Source of the DNA: the human T2T-CHM13v2.0 reference genome, Homo sapiens | DNA length: 64,000 nt | Assembly: GCF_009914755.1 (NCBI RefSeq) | Contig: NC_060926.1 | Direction: 5' to 3' (one strand) | Part shown: positions 1-42,921 of the stretch, piece after piece | How the letters are laid out: each line of letters starts with the position of its first letter | Position numbering within the stretch: the stretch's first letter is position 1 | Position numbers and translations under genes: made by a program | The notes under the pieces: generated by a model | Databases searched by the model: none | What the model was told of the DNA's origin: nothing | Seen by the model: only the letters and a program-made list of their open reading frames with translations

Positions 1-1050
<1,050 letters not shown>

Positions 1051-1830
1051 TAAAAACCTTTCCTCTGGAGTTCATATTTTTGGGTGGTATCTCCAATATC
1101 TGGACTGTCCCCAGCCCGGCATCATTTTAATCTGCACCTGTTGGAGTTTCAGCAGATAGAGGCCTTGTCACAAATACCTTGTCATGGGTTCTCAAGATCA
1201 GTTTGTCTGTCACCCTATGGAAAGATACACTAGATTAGTTTGATGTAGGCATGAGTCCAGGTGAATTCTGCTGAAATCTGGGTAGCTTCAAGTTCTGAGC
1301 AGACTAGAAAGTTAAATAAGCTGACCTGATGGCCACCCTTTTATCTCAACAGTATATTAAACATGAACACTTGGATAAGTAACCACTGCAGCGTTTTATG
1401 GGGAAGATGCTATGGAATTATGAGCATCTCATAAGCTCACCAAAGTGATTAGGTAACTGTTTTCCATCCTTATATTTTTCCCACCTTTTCCCCACTTTTT
1501 TCTTTGTCTAAAAATAACATTATAAACAGAAAAAAAGAATGAAGAAAAATGAACAGAGCCTCAGAAAAATATGAGACATCATTAAGCTCGCTAACATACA
1601 TCTAATGGAAGTTCCAAAAGGAGAGGAGAGAGAGAAAGGAAGATAAAAAAATGTTTAAAGAAATAGGGGCTGAAGACTTTCCAAATCTGATGAAAAACTT
1701 TATACATCCAAGAAGCTCAACAAACTCTAAGAGGTTAAATGCAAAGAAATCCACAAACACACATTATAGTAAAAAATGTGCAAGGACAAGGAGAAAAGCT
1801 TGAAGAAGCAAGAGAAAAATCCTTACTTAT

Positions 1831-3305
<1,475 letters not shown>

Positions 3306-3580
3306 AAGTTATTGAGGCTGAAACAAATGACTCTAGACAGTAATACACACACAAAGCATTAGTAAAGACGACATGCATATTTCTTTTCTTAACTAATTTT
3401 AAAAAGCAATTGAATATGTATATAATTTTATTGTTGGGACTATACCAAAGAAATGTAATATATTTGCCAATAACAGAACAAAGGAGGTGGATGGGAGCAA
3501 AGCTATATTGGACTAAGGAAATGACTCCCAGTGGTAATACAGGAACAAATGAAGAGAACCAGAAATGAGAAATAAATTTG

Positions 3581-3708
3581 ATGCAATAAAAGCTATAAAT
3601 ATGTATTTATAGGCTAATGCAATAAAAGCTATAAATATATATTTATAGGCTAATGCAATAAAAGCTATAAATATATATAGGCTAATGCAATAAAAGCTAT
3701 AAATATAT
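3581..3708. repeat. 36-bp AT-rich tandem repeat, about 3.7 copies, with an internal palindrome
   Basis: Unit atgcaataaaagctataaatatatatttataggcta starts at 3581, 3617, 3653 and 3685. The third unit is 32 bp. Confidence 0.95.
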
Positions 3709-4507
3709 TTTTTCTCCATTTTCTTCCCTCAGCTTTTTAAAAAAGTATAAAAGTAAAATTATAACAATGTGTTACTGGGTTTGTAACATATGTATGTATA
3801 ACAATACCACAAGAGGAAACAGGGAATGGAGCTATATAGGAATAATATTTCTATATCTCTTTGGAATTTATTATAAATGTGAAGCAGACTCTGATGTTAA
3901 GATGTATGTATGGTAATATATATAATTTTTGCTTTCTCCATGCTTCCTATCTTTTCTGTTTCTTTATTCCTCTTTTACTTTCTTTTGCATTAAGTAAATA
4001 TTTTCTGATGTAACATTAATTTTTAAATGATTTTTTACTATATATTTTTAAATTATTTCCTCAGTTGTTGCTCCAGGCAACAACTGGGATTACAGTTTAT
4101 AAAGGTGTACTGTGAACAATTGTGTGCCAATAAATTGGATAACTTAGATTAAATGAGCAAATTATTAGAAGGACACAAACTACTGAAACTGACTCAGAAA
4201 GAGAAAATATGAATAGTTCTATAACAACTAAAGACATTTAACTAACTGTCCAACACTACCTACAAAGAAAAGCCCAGACATCACTAGACAAAGGTATCAC
4301 AAGAAAAAGAAAACTACAGACCAGTATCTCTTATGAATATAGATGCAAAAATCCTCAACATACGCTAGCACAATCCAGCAACATACAAAAATAATTATAC
4401 TCTATGACCAAGGGAGATTTATTCCAGGAATGGAAAGTTGACTTAATATCTGAAAATTAATGTAATACACTGTATCAATATAATTTTTTTTTTTAAGTTT
4501 CACAATC

Positions 4508-11150
<6,643 letters not shown>

Positions 11151-11307
11151 ATGAAATGTTTCTCCTTTTAGTAAATATTTTTAAGTTGGCAAAACGACAT
11201 CTCCTAAATATGTAAATTAAGGTATAGAGTACATAGCCTGCTAAACTCTGCACACTGTCTTTACTGTAGTTATCTGAAGAACTACCACCCTTTTTCTTCC
11301 TATCCAG

Positions 11308-11370
11308 GTGAGGCAGAGACACAAAGATATGGAAGAACATTGGACAGATTTACATCGATATATTAATTAA
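11308..11370 (+). CDS. Possible alternative terminal coding exon of the upstream gene (SANBR/KIAA1841 by recalled gene order)
   Basis: Polypyrimidine tract plus CAG (cccttttcttcctatccag, ending 11307) is followed by VRQRHKDMEEHWTDLHRYIN* if phase 0. The upstream exon is not in the window. Confidence 0.3.
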   Translation: MRQRHKDMEEHWTDLHRYIN

Positions 11371-12585
11371 GGTGATTTCAGAGTTGGAGCAGGAGAGGAA
11401 GCCTTATAGATATTTTTTTTTCTTTTTGCTTGCTTGTATTTTCTTTTTAATTATTATTCAGTACTTCAAGTAGACAGAAAAGTACAGAGGATAATACAAC
11501 AAATATCCAGGTACCCACCACCCAGCATTTTTACATAGTAGCATTTGATGTTTTGAAATAAGACATAAAACATTCCAAATACCCTATCACCGAGGATCCT
11601 GCATCCTCTTCTTTTCCCAGAAGTGAACATTTCTCTGAATTTGATGCTTATTATGCCCATGCATGTTGTTATACTTTTACTACATATTTTATGTAGCTAC
11701 AGCATAATATGCTATGTTTACTTTATATAGTGACCTCATACTATACATATCCTCATGCAATTTTTTAGACTCTGTTTGAGAATTATATATTTTGATTCAG
11801 GTAGCTTAAGTTTATTTTAGCTACTCAGTAGTAATGTATTCTATTAATCTACTAATATATATTTCTTGTCTATGGACATTGAGGTTATTTTCAGTTTTTT
11901 CTTTAATGTTGTAGCAAAAACTTTCACTCATTTTTCTTGTGCCTACATGGGTATACACATTGTGAACTTGACTAAACATTTGCAAAAAGTTTTCTCCGGC
12001 GTTGTACCAGCTTAGGCTCACAAGCAGCATATGAAAGTCCCAGTTGTTCTGTTTCCTCACCAAAAATCGGGGTTATATCAGTCAGAATAACTAAATTATG
12101 CTACAGTAACACAATCACAAAAATCTCAGTGTCTTAATTCAACGGTCTATTTCTTCTTCATGAAGTTTTGTTATCATAGTCACTCAGGGACCAGGGCTGA
12201 TGGAGCTTCCATCCTGACACCTGCTTCAATGAAGTAGGGGAAAAAACTGACTAAAGGGCTCAAATTTGGCTCTTCCCAATTTCTGCACACAAGTGACGAT
12301 ATCAATTCTGCTCACAATTAGTTGGCTCACACTTGTTTTAACAAGTCTTGTGACCACATCTAACTTCAAAGAGTTCCCACTCCTACCTTTAGGATCTGAA
12401 TGTCTGTGAATGATGACTGCAGGTACTGATAAACAATACTTTTTCTAGTGCAGTGAGTATGAAATAGTCTCTTTATTTTTATTTATATGTCCTGATTATT
12501 TATGAGGTTGAACATACATTTATTAAGTTTGTTGGTCACTTATGTTTTCTTTTTTGAAAATTACCTGCTTATATCCTTTGCCCAT

Positions 12586-12785
12586 TGTCTTAGTCCATTT
12601 ATGCTGCTATAACAGAATACCCCAGAGTGGGTAACTTATAAAGAACAGAAATGTATTTCTCACAGCTCTGGAGGCTGGGAAGTCTAAGCTCAAGTAACTG
12701 GCATTTGGTCTGGTGAGGGCCTTCCTGCTGTGTCCTCACAGGGCAAAAGATGGAAAGGCAAGCTAGGTAAATGCTGCATGGAGCC
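12586..12785. mobile_element. MaLR LTR fragment (MST/MLT1A-like)
   Basis: tgtcttagtccatttatgctgctataacagaatacc...tttctcacagctctggaggctgggaagtctaag is typical MaLR LTR terminus text. Confidence 0.8.
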
Positions 12786-13019
12786 CTTTTCCTTCTTTCC
12801 TTCTTTCCTTCCTTCCTTCCTTCCTTTTTCTTTCTCTTTCTCTCCCTCCTTCCTTCCTTCTCTCCTTCCTTCCTTCCTTCGTTCCTTCCTTCCTCCTTCC
12901 CTCCCTCCTCCCTCCCTTCCTTCTCTTTTTTTTTCTTTCTCTCTTTTTCTTTCTTTTCTTCTTTCCTCTCTTTCTTTCCCTTTCCTTTCCCTTCCTTTCC
13001 TTTTCCCTTTCCTTTTCTT

Positions 13020-13020
<1 letters not shown>
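12786..13020. repeat. About 235-bp homopyrimidine (CCTT/CTTT) tract, an expanded tail of the - strand Alu at 13020-13329
   Basis: Nearly pure C/T, with one G at 12881. It abuts the Alu 3' end. Confidence 0.95.
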
Positions 13021-16013
<2,993 letters not shown>

Positions 16014-16163
16014 TTAGTTTAGGGACAGGTCTCCTGATCTAGCCGGCTCCAAGCAGGAGTGAGATAGTTGTGCAGGGGTGCATTTAAGCAAACCTGGCTG
16101 GTCCATTTTCTGAACTAGCCAGTCCACTAGAATTTTGATGAAGCATCTCATCAGGTATGGACA

Positions 16164-17255
<1,092 letters not shown>

Positions 17256-17821
17256 GGCAGCTTCTGAAATGGTGGGAAAAAATGTGAGTTTTGAGGAAAC
17301 ATTTGGTTCAGCCATTGTTCTTAAGAGATACTGACATTTCAACCTACTATAAAGAGGGAAATTTAAAGTATTAAAGTATTAATGAGTTGGTAGGACCCGC
17401 TTTTCTTTTTTTTTTTTTTTTTAAATTCACTGGCCCCGAAAGAAACTTCTCTGTCAGGCCACAATATAACCAGATACCAGACACACGAGATGTTTTGGAG
17501 GGAGGGTGGTGGAGCCAAGATTGCAGCTCCTTATTGAGGAGAACAGTCCTCAGAGATCCAGAGTCATTTCTCCTGTGTTCAGCTTGAAAACCTTGGGCAA
17601 CTTCTGGAGATTTCAACGTCTCACAGAGTGCGGAAACATGACTGGCGCAGCATCCTTTCCGGAATTGGTGATGTCCTTCCTGTAAGGGTTGATTTTCCAT
17701 CTCATCAACCAAATCGGGAAAGCCGCAGCATCCTTTTCTCCAAGAATGACAGGTGGTTTATCTCAGGCTTTTCTGTCCCGGCGCCTTTCTCTCCAATGCA
17801 GTCTATGGAATATATATATAG

Positions 17822-18510
<689 letters not shown>

Positions 18511-18632
18511 AAAGAGAAAAAAATTTAAGTAATTTAATTTTTTATTTTTTTCCGCCCCCGCCGTCCCGCCCCTAGCATTAATTTTTAAAACTCGCTTTAG
18601 ACACCGTTTGGAGGGGGCCAGGTGCTGAATAC

Positions 18633-18870
18633 CTGCTGATGTAATGCAGTGATTTTTTGTTTGAGGGCCACAGGAAGACCCCTTGTGGCTGTTGTACTGG
18701 CATTCCCTCTTCATAGCAGGGATGGTGCCTCTGGACATTTTCCGACAGCAGGGATCGTTGGGTGAGGTTAGCAGCGCCAGCCCGGGTTAGCGGAAGCAGC
18801 CTTCAGGTCTCCTAGGAGAGCAGGTTTATGAGCATGCGCAGCGGATTTTCCGTTAGGGAAGCCGATGGGG
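18633..18870 (-). ncRNA. Probable first exon of the divergent lncRNA C2orf74-DT (LOC339803)
   Basis: The identity is recalled from the locus. The sequence gives a bidirectional-type promoter and a - strand donor CAG|GTATTC ending at 18633. The TSS and other exons are not determinable here. Confidence 0.4.
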
Positions 18871-19060
18871 CGCGGCTCCTTGGAGCATGCGCACACAAAC
18901 TTTCCGCTAGGAATCAAGCGAGCATGCGCACACAGATGTTAGGGTTCGGGCGAGCTATTTGGAGCCTGCGCAGTCAGATCCGAGGACATGTTGACGTCGT
19001 CCGAGAGTCTTAAAATCCTGCTGTGGCCGGATTCCAGACTCGTGGGGGAAAGGCTGGTAT
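18740..19060. promoter_or_regulatory. CpG-rich promoter of C2orf74 with clustered NRF1-like and ETS-like motifs
   Basis: GAGCATGCGCA at 18830, 18883 and 18920; GAGCCTGCGCA at 18962; CGGAA/TTCCG motifs; CRE-like TGACGTC at ~18992; local CpG enrichment. Confidence 0.8.
18970..19056 (+). other. C2orf74: C2orf74 non-coding exon 1 (start approximate)
   Basis: Donor CTG|GTATGT at 19056/19057 lies directly downstream of the promoter. Confidence 0.65.
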
Positions 19061-19263
19061 GTTCGTTTTATAACAGGAGTTTTAGCGTCATCTTTTGTCC
19101 TTGGATAAGTTTTTCCAAATATAAATATATTAAATATTCATTTAAAATATCTAAGAATTAACAGGCAGCAGTGCATTAGACAAATGGGCGAAGTACTGGG
19201 GTACCAAGTTCACAGAAAAATAGTAGTTAAAGATAGACTTTAAATATATGAAAAGATGCTTAG

Positions 19264-25215
<5,952 letters not shown>

Positions 25216-25238
25216 TCAAAATATATAAATACAGGCTA

Positions 25239-25725
25239 TACTAGATACCTATTGCTGCATAACAAGTGACTCCAAAACTTAGCAGCTTAATTCAAACATT
25301 TATTAACTCTTAGCTTCTGTGAGCTTGGTGATCCTAGCTCAGGGTCTTTCTAGAGGTTGCAGTCAAGATGTTAGTCTAAAGTAATCTGAAGACTCATTTG
25401 GGGGAGAATCCATTTCCAAGCTTCTTCACATGGTTATTGGCAAGAAGCCCTAGTTCCTCCCTGGCTGTTGGAAGGAGGGAGGGCTCAGTTCTTCAGCATG
25501 TGAGTCATTCCATGGGCTGCTTGAGTGTCCTTACGACATGGCAACTGGCTTCTCCCAGAGCAGGTGACCTGAGAGAAAAGGCAAGGAGGAAGCCACATTT
25601 GTTTTATGACCCACTCTCGGAACTCACAGACCCTCACTTTTGCTTCATTTTAGTCATTAGAAGAGATTTACTACTATAAATCCAGTCCACACTCAAGGGA
25701 AGGGAGGAATATTAAAACCATCACA
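25239..25725. mobile_element. MLT1-type MaLR LTR
   Basis: ctattgctgcataacaagtgactccaaaacttagcagctta ... aatccagtccacactcaagggaaggg are MLT1 hallmarks. Confidence 0.75.
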
Positions 25726-26114
25726 AAGTCCAACACCAAATTGATCTCCACAAATTCAGTCCAGGTACATTGTGGCAAAGGCCACCCTGCCCTGGTTTGC
25801 CACAGATCCAGTGATTTCAGTCTCTTAGAGACAATGGCATTTAAACCATGAAGCTTCTCCCTTTTGTGGATTAGAGGTGTGAGATTTCTGGCGCATCATG
25901 GTGAGTCTCATTTGGAGTCTGCACAAAGTTGAGGCTCCCAGGTCTCCCAGGGTCAGGTTTTCAGAAGGCCATACTTTAAAGGCTGGGGGTAGAACAACGA
26001 GTGGGTTAGGAAATGCAGGACGGGGATCCTGCCAACACCGGTTTTTGGAGTGGACTCTCTCCTTAAAGCTACCTGGTAACCTGACTGTGCTGTTTACTAA
26101 ACATTACCAAGCAT

Positions 26115-31190
<5,076 letters not shown>

Positions 31191-31710
31191 TGGAGGGAAC
31201 TTATTTAATGCTCAAGAAGTCAGATCAGGAAATGGCAGATGGGTGCTATGCCTCTTGTATCAAGGCTCAGAAGAGGAGGCAGTGTGATGCTCGTTGCAGT
31301 GCTGTGTTGGTCAGGAATCTTGGGGTGCAACATCCATGAACCCCAATTAAACCAGCTTAAGCCAAAAAGGAAAGGCATGGACTCACACAGCTGAAAGTCC
31401 AGCTTCCTGTCCACACTGTAAGTCAAGCCTTCAGGCATAGCTAGATCAAGCAGAGCCCTTTTTAATCTTTCTTTCTCCATACTCTCAGCCCTGCTTTCTT
31501 CCATGCTGGAAGTTCCTGCAAATATCTTAACACTGAGGTTAATTAAGCTGATTTAGATCACATGTTGACCCTTGAACTGTGGACTATCCTGATCAGCCAG
31601 GCCTGAGTCCTGTGTCCACCGCCCCTAGTTTCCAAATTCAGGCAGCTGTGACGGAGTCCTTTGAGCGTGCTCACTCATCCTGTAATTCCTGGATCATGTT
31701 TTTGTCACAG

Positions 31711-31861
31711 GATTTCAACAGATCACATGGATCAAGGCCTTAGGGAGGTGGTTGGGGATTCACGTATGCCCTGGACCATCTGGAGCCCAAGTTGCTGCAG
31801 ATCCTGTCACCACAAGTGCACACCCTCTGGCCACCATAGCAAAGAAGTCTGCAGGCAGGAG
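31711..31861 (+). other. C2orf74: Candidate C2orf74 internal 5'UTR exon
   Basis: Acceptor gtttttgtcacag| at 31710 and donor GAG|GTAGGC at 31861/31862 bracket 151 nt of non-repeat sequence. Confidence 0.45.
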
Positions 31862-32141
31862 GTAGGCAGTAGGGCAGGACTGCTTATTCTGTATGGAAGA
31901 GGCAATATCTGACCCCAACATGGCAGATGCCAGGAGCACAAGAAAAGCCCCCCTTGCTCCAGAGAGAACCCCTGCTCCCCCATCTTCTGGATAGTGCCTG
32001 AAATTCTACCCAGACTGTCTTACTTTAACCTTAGGCCCACATTAAGGTCCAGATACCCATGAGAGTTACTATCAGGCATTCTTGTTGTGAAGAGTTAGAA
32101 AACAGGTTTTGTTAACAAGAGGGAATAAAAATCAGTGTAGT

Positions 32142-32219
32142 GTAGGAGGTGAAAAATTACAAAGACTATGAAAGACCTTGGGGGTAGGAGGTGAGAAATT
32201 ACAAAGACTATGAAAGACC
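32142..32219. repeat. 36-bp direct duplication with 42-bp period and 1 mismatch
   Basis: gtaggaggtga(a/g)aaattacaaagactatgaaagacc at 32142 and 32184. Confidence 0.95.
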
Positions 32220-32336
32220 CTGTCACTTCCCAGCATGCCTGGGACTGGAGCTGGATAGGGCAAGGGGTTGGGATATACATAAGTGACAAGGTGTTTTCTA
32301 TATCAAGTGAGAACTCAGAAAAAGCACGATTGGAAG

Positions 32337-35690
<3,354 letters not shown>

Positions 35691-36335
35691 CAGGGCTATA
35701 GAGAGGGATTTCATAAGAAGGAAGTATACCAATTGTTCATGGTCTGTGAAAGAAGCAATAAAAGAAACAGGCTCAGATTAGGAAAGGAAAGGTGATGTTT
35801 GGAGAGTAGGGAGAAAATCCTTGCTCAAAGAATGGTCAAGACAGTTTCAAATGGCCTCTAACCTGGACCTCTCAGAAGAGGGGGACGAACAGGCAACAGC
35901 CTCGTGGTTCTCCAGCCTCCAGGTGATGGACTGGGTTGGACTGGCTCTCTGGTCTCTCTAACTCAAGGGCTCCATGATTCTATGATGTCACTGACGAGAG
36001 AAGAATGGGGAGCTGGGCTCAGCTCCAGCTGTTCCGATTCCTCTCTCCTCTGGGTCCTGATAGTTTTTGGGGTGAGGGAGGTGAGCTGCGTGATCACACA
36101 TGTCCCAGCTCAGTCTCCCCTCTGGCCACCTCAGCCCCCACCACAGTTATGGAGAGAAATTAGCCAGTGTGAGTCAACTCTGCAACAAGCAGAGCATCTT
36201 TCATGAAGCTGAACTGACCAAAAGAACAACAAAGAAAACAGCTTTTTATTCCTCTGTTTCTAGAAAACTTAAAGAACAAGAGAACTGCATTCAAATTGAG
36301 CTGGAAAAGAATATTTGGACAGTCTGTGATTGTGA

Positions 36336-36560
<225 letters not shown>

Positions 36561-36666
36561 TAATTATCTACTTTTCCATTTCAGCATTTTAGAAATGCTG
36601 ATATCCTGTTTAAACGTGAAGTTTCTATACCACACCTTAAAATCAGGGCCATTCTTCCTTTTCTGA

Positions 36667-36843
<177 letters not shown>

Positions 36844-36891
36844 TGATAGTGGGGATGAGGATGCATGAATGTTTAAAACTCTACCGATTAA

Positions 36892-37329
<438 letters not shown>

Positions 37330-38165
37330 TAATCCCAGCTACTTGGGAGGCTGAGGCAGGAGAATCGCTTGAACCCGGGAGTCAGAGGTTGCAGTGAGCC
37401 AAGATCGCCACTGCACTCCAGCCTGGTGACAGAGGGAGACTCCATCTCAAAAAAAAAAAATAATAATAATAAATAATAATAATAATAGGAGATGGAGTTG
37501 CATGTAACTTAGGTTTGTAAGTAGAATGAGTCCAATGCCCACAGTCATTTAAGCCATTCTGGTTGCTTATCAGTTCGTGTTACTAAACCATTACATATGC
37601 CAAGTCTAGAAACTTGCTTAGTCTTCATTCTTACATTTATGTTTTTCTTAATAATTCCCCTTCAGTTTGTTTTTCTCAAAATCCTAGAATCTTAGAGCTG
37701 TTAAGAGACTATCTAGGGATCCAGCCCTCTCCTGTTTCCAATGAGAAAACGAGATGAATTGTTTACCTCTCCACTGTGGCCAAGCTCAGGCCCAGACCGC
37801 AGCCCCCTGTGCTAGCTCCAGGGTCCTACAACAGCACACAACACAGCTGGGTCCTTCTTGAGCTCTGTGTCTGCGATTCCCTGACACGAACAACTCACAT
37901 ACCCTCCCACCCCATGGCCATGCCCGGTTGACGACAGAATGATGGTCCTGGTGGCTCTTGGGTTTGACCACTTCATGGAGAGAATTACATGTCACCAAAT
38001 GTTATTTGAATATGTCAATGTGTGCTTTTATAACCATAAAAATGTGAAAATGTGATCATGATGGATTATTGCTACTTTCCTATATCATTTAGAAATGCTT
38101 TTTCTGTTTCTCGTTAAGTGTACATATAACCTGTAATTTTAAAAGCAGGGCTTGTCATAAATTGA

Positions 38166-38375
<210 letters not shown>

Positions 38376-38650
38376 AGCTCAAAAAAGGGTAAGAGTGAAA
38401 GAAAATGTAACGTTTGACTAACGTTGAAAGACTGAGGGTACAAAATCATGTTGAAACAACAAAACAATGGGGAATTAAGCAAATAAAGATATTATTTTAC
38501 CTTTGTGCAGAAAGGAGTGAGCCATGTGCAAAATTCTGTAAGTAAAATACTTAGAGCTTGAATATAATTTTTTAAAAATTCAAATCTGAGTTCAAGAAAT
38601 TGATTGTATTGCCCTTAAAACTATCTACTCAAACACTGTTCTGGCATGTG

Positions 38651-38656
38651 AATAAA
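38651..38656 (+). terminator. C2orf74 polyadenylation signal
   Basis: AATAAA followed by a GU/U-rich stretch, about 275 nt after the stop. Confidence 0.7.
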
Positions 38657-38833
38657 GTGATTTTTGTTTGTACAAATACCTATTAGGTACATCATATTCA
38701 AGGGGGATTTTTTGAAATAATACATGTTCTGCATGCTCTGATCATAGGCATTCATGACCAAATAACACTACAGCTGTCATCACGGAAGCTTCCATAACTG
38801 TCGTCTTCTACTACATAATCCCCATTGAACTCA

Positions 38834-39283
<450 letters not shown>

Positions 39284-39478
39284 CTACTAGGGAAAAACAG
39301 GCCCAACGTGGTGGCTCACACCTGTAATCCCAGCACTTTGGGTGGCTGAGGCGGGCAGATCACCTGAGGCCAGGAGTTCGAGACCCAGCCTGGCCAAAAT
39401 GGTGAAACCCCATCTCTACTAAAAATACAAAAAAATTAGTGGGGTGTGGTGTCGCACTCCTGTAATCCTAGCTACTCA

Positions 39479-39604
<126 letters not shown>

Positions 39605-40347
39605 CTACTACCAACAACAAAACATCCTATTACTTTATGCAAGTTCTGAGATTATACTATTCTTGATTTCAGTGGTTTAAAACTTGCTGTCCATGTGTGG
39701 AATATGACAGTACAGACTGCTACGACATCATCCACACAGCTGCAGTATACATTTGTGACATGTCTAAGGGGCTCTGAGAGAAAAAGCAGATTCATTTGAT
39801 TCAGAGGCCTCGCCCATTGTCATGTGGATGTTCCATAAATGTCTGTGGAATGATTGGGAGTATAAGTGATAAAATATTTTAGAATGTGGAACTATTGCCA
39901 AATGGGGTGTACTGACACCCTCTGCTGGGAGGCATGTCGCTGTGGGCTGGGACCATCCCACTGAGAGGAGGAAAAGGAACTTAGACAAATGGAAGGATTA
40001 GATAGATAAGACAAGCAGCTGGGGAAGAACATGAGTCAAGGCAAAGAGGTGAGGATGTGTATTGGGTTTGGTTCACACCAGTTGGCTGTCGCTGAATGTG
40101 GGTGTAGAGGAGAGTTGAGAGGCAACAGTGAAGTGTGGTGAGAAGTCAAAGTGAGGTTCACTTAGGATCCCAGGCTAAGGGTATAAAGTGGGAAATGGAT
40201 CCAAGCTATGTGGACTGTTGGGGGAAGGTGCCTGCGGATATATTCAGAGTCTCTTTAAATTTTTTATCGTTCACCTGATGATAATACTAAATTTTAAAAA
40301 ATTTTCATTTTGGTAAAAGATATATGACATAAAACTTGCCACCTTAA

Positions 40348-40668
<321 letters not shown>

Positions 40669-40836
40669 TAAGTGTACAGTTCAATAGTGTTTTAAGTACA
40701 TTCACATTGCAGTACAATTGTCACCACAGTTTTGTAGAAGTTCCAATACAGGAAAATGATGGGAAAATTGGCCATCAATACCTATAACCATATAGGCACA
40801 TGGAATTCCAGAAAGCCATCCGGATCACGACTGTAA

Positions 40837-41097
<261 letters not shown>

Positions 41098-41723
41098 TGA
41101 CCAGCTAATTTTTTGTATTTTTAGTAGCGATGGGGTTTCACTGTGTTAGCCAGGATGGTCTCGATCTCCTGACCTCGTGATCTGCCAGCCTTGGCCTCCC
41201 AAAGTGCTGGGATTACAGGCGTGAGCCACCGCACCTGGCCTGTAAATTTCTTTTAGTTTTAAAGTTAGATGAAAGCTTTTAGGTTAGGGAGTTGATATCC
41301 GTCTTTGCGTTTCTACATGTTTTTAAGTGACACTATAATATACATAATCTTAGGCAATAATGGAAGAAGTCCATGAGAGCTTTCCTCCAGGAGTAAGTTA
41401 TTGAGGATTAGCAACTAGGAGGTGGTAAATGGAGATGGCTCCAGTGATGATTCAGATTTGAAGGATGTGGACCTGGAATAGAAGGTGGCAGAATGTAATG
41501 AGAAGATGAAGAAAGATTAAGGCACATCACTTCCTGGTTAGATGTGGGAGGAGCGAGAGGAGGGCGCAAAGATGGCTCCTGAGTTTGGATACCTGCCAGA
41601 CAGTCAGGAATAGGAGAGTCCAGGGAAGTAACTAGTTAGGGCAAAAAGATTAGGCAGGTTGGCCGGGCGCGGTGACTCACGCCTGTAATCCTAACACTTT
41701 GGGAGGCCGAGGTGGGCGGATCA

Positions 41724-42014
<291 letters not shown>

Positions 42015-42358
42015 TCAACTGAAGATGCTCCACGGACAGTGAAGCTGTAGGGCTCCATGTGTCTATCTCCTAAGCTATGGCTCCAGAGAAAAAGTTGAGC
42101 AGTTTTTTCTCAATGCCTGTTGGTGTTTCACTTGCAAAGGTGGGATCAAACTTGCCACTTTACCTCTTTAATTAGCTGTTGGTCCAGGGACTTTCTTCAA
42201 ATGACTACCTCAAACAGGACACATCACCCAAAAGCCAAAAGGGAAAAGCTTGATAAAGCTTGGACTACTTAAAAATTCTTTTTTGTTGTTAAGAAAAAAA
42301 AAAAAAAAAAAATACACACACACACACACACACAGTCCAAACCCCAACAGTAAACTAG

Positions 42359-42625
<267 letters not shown>

Positions 42626-42628
42626 TGA

Positions 42629-42921
<293 letters not shown>

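Noticed and set aside
3581-3708. CRISPR-like 36-bp palindromic repeats
   Set aside because: The units are contiguous with no unique spacers, there are no cas genes, and the context is a eukaryotic L1.
35983-35990. CRE-like TGATGTCA upstream of the first C2orf74 coding exon (possible internal promoter)
   Set aside because: A single short motif is expected by chance and needs CAGE evidence.
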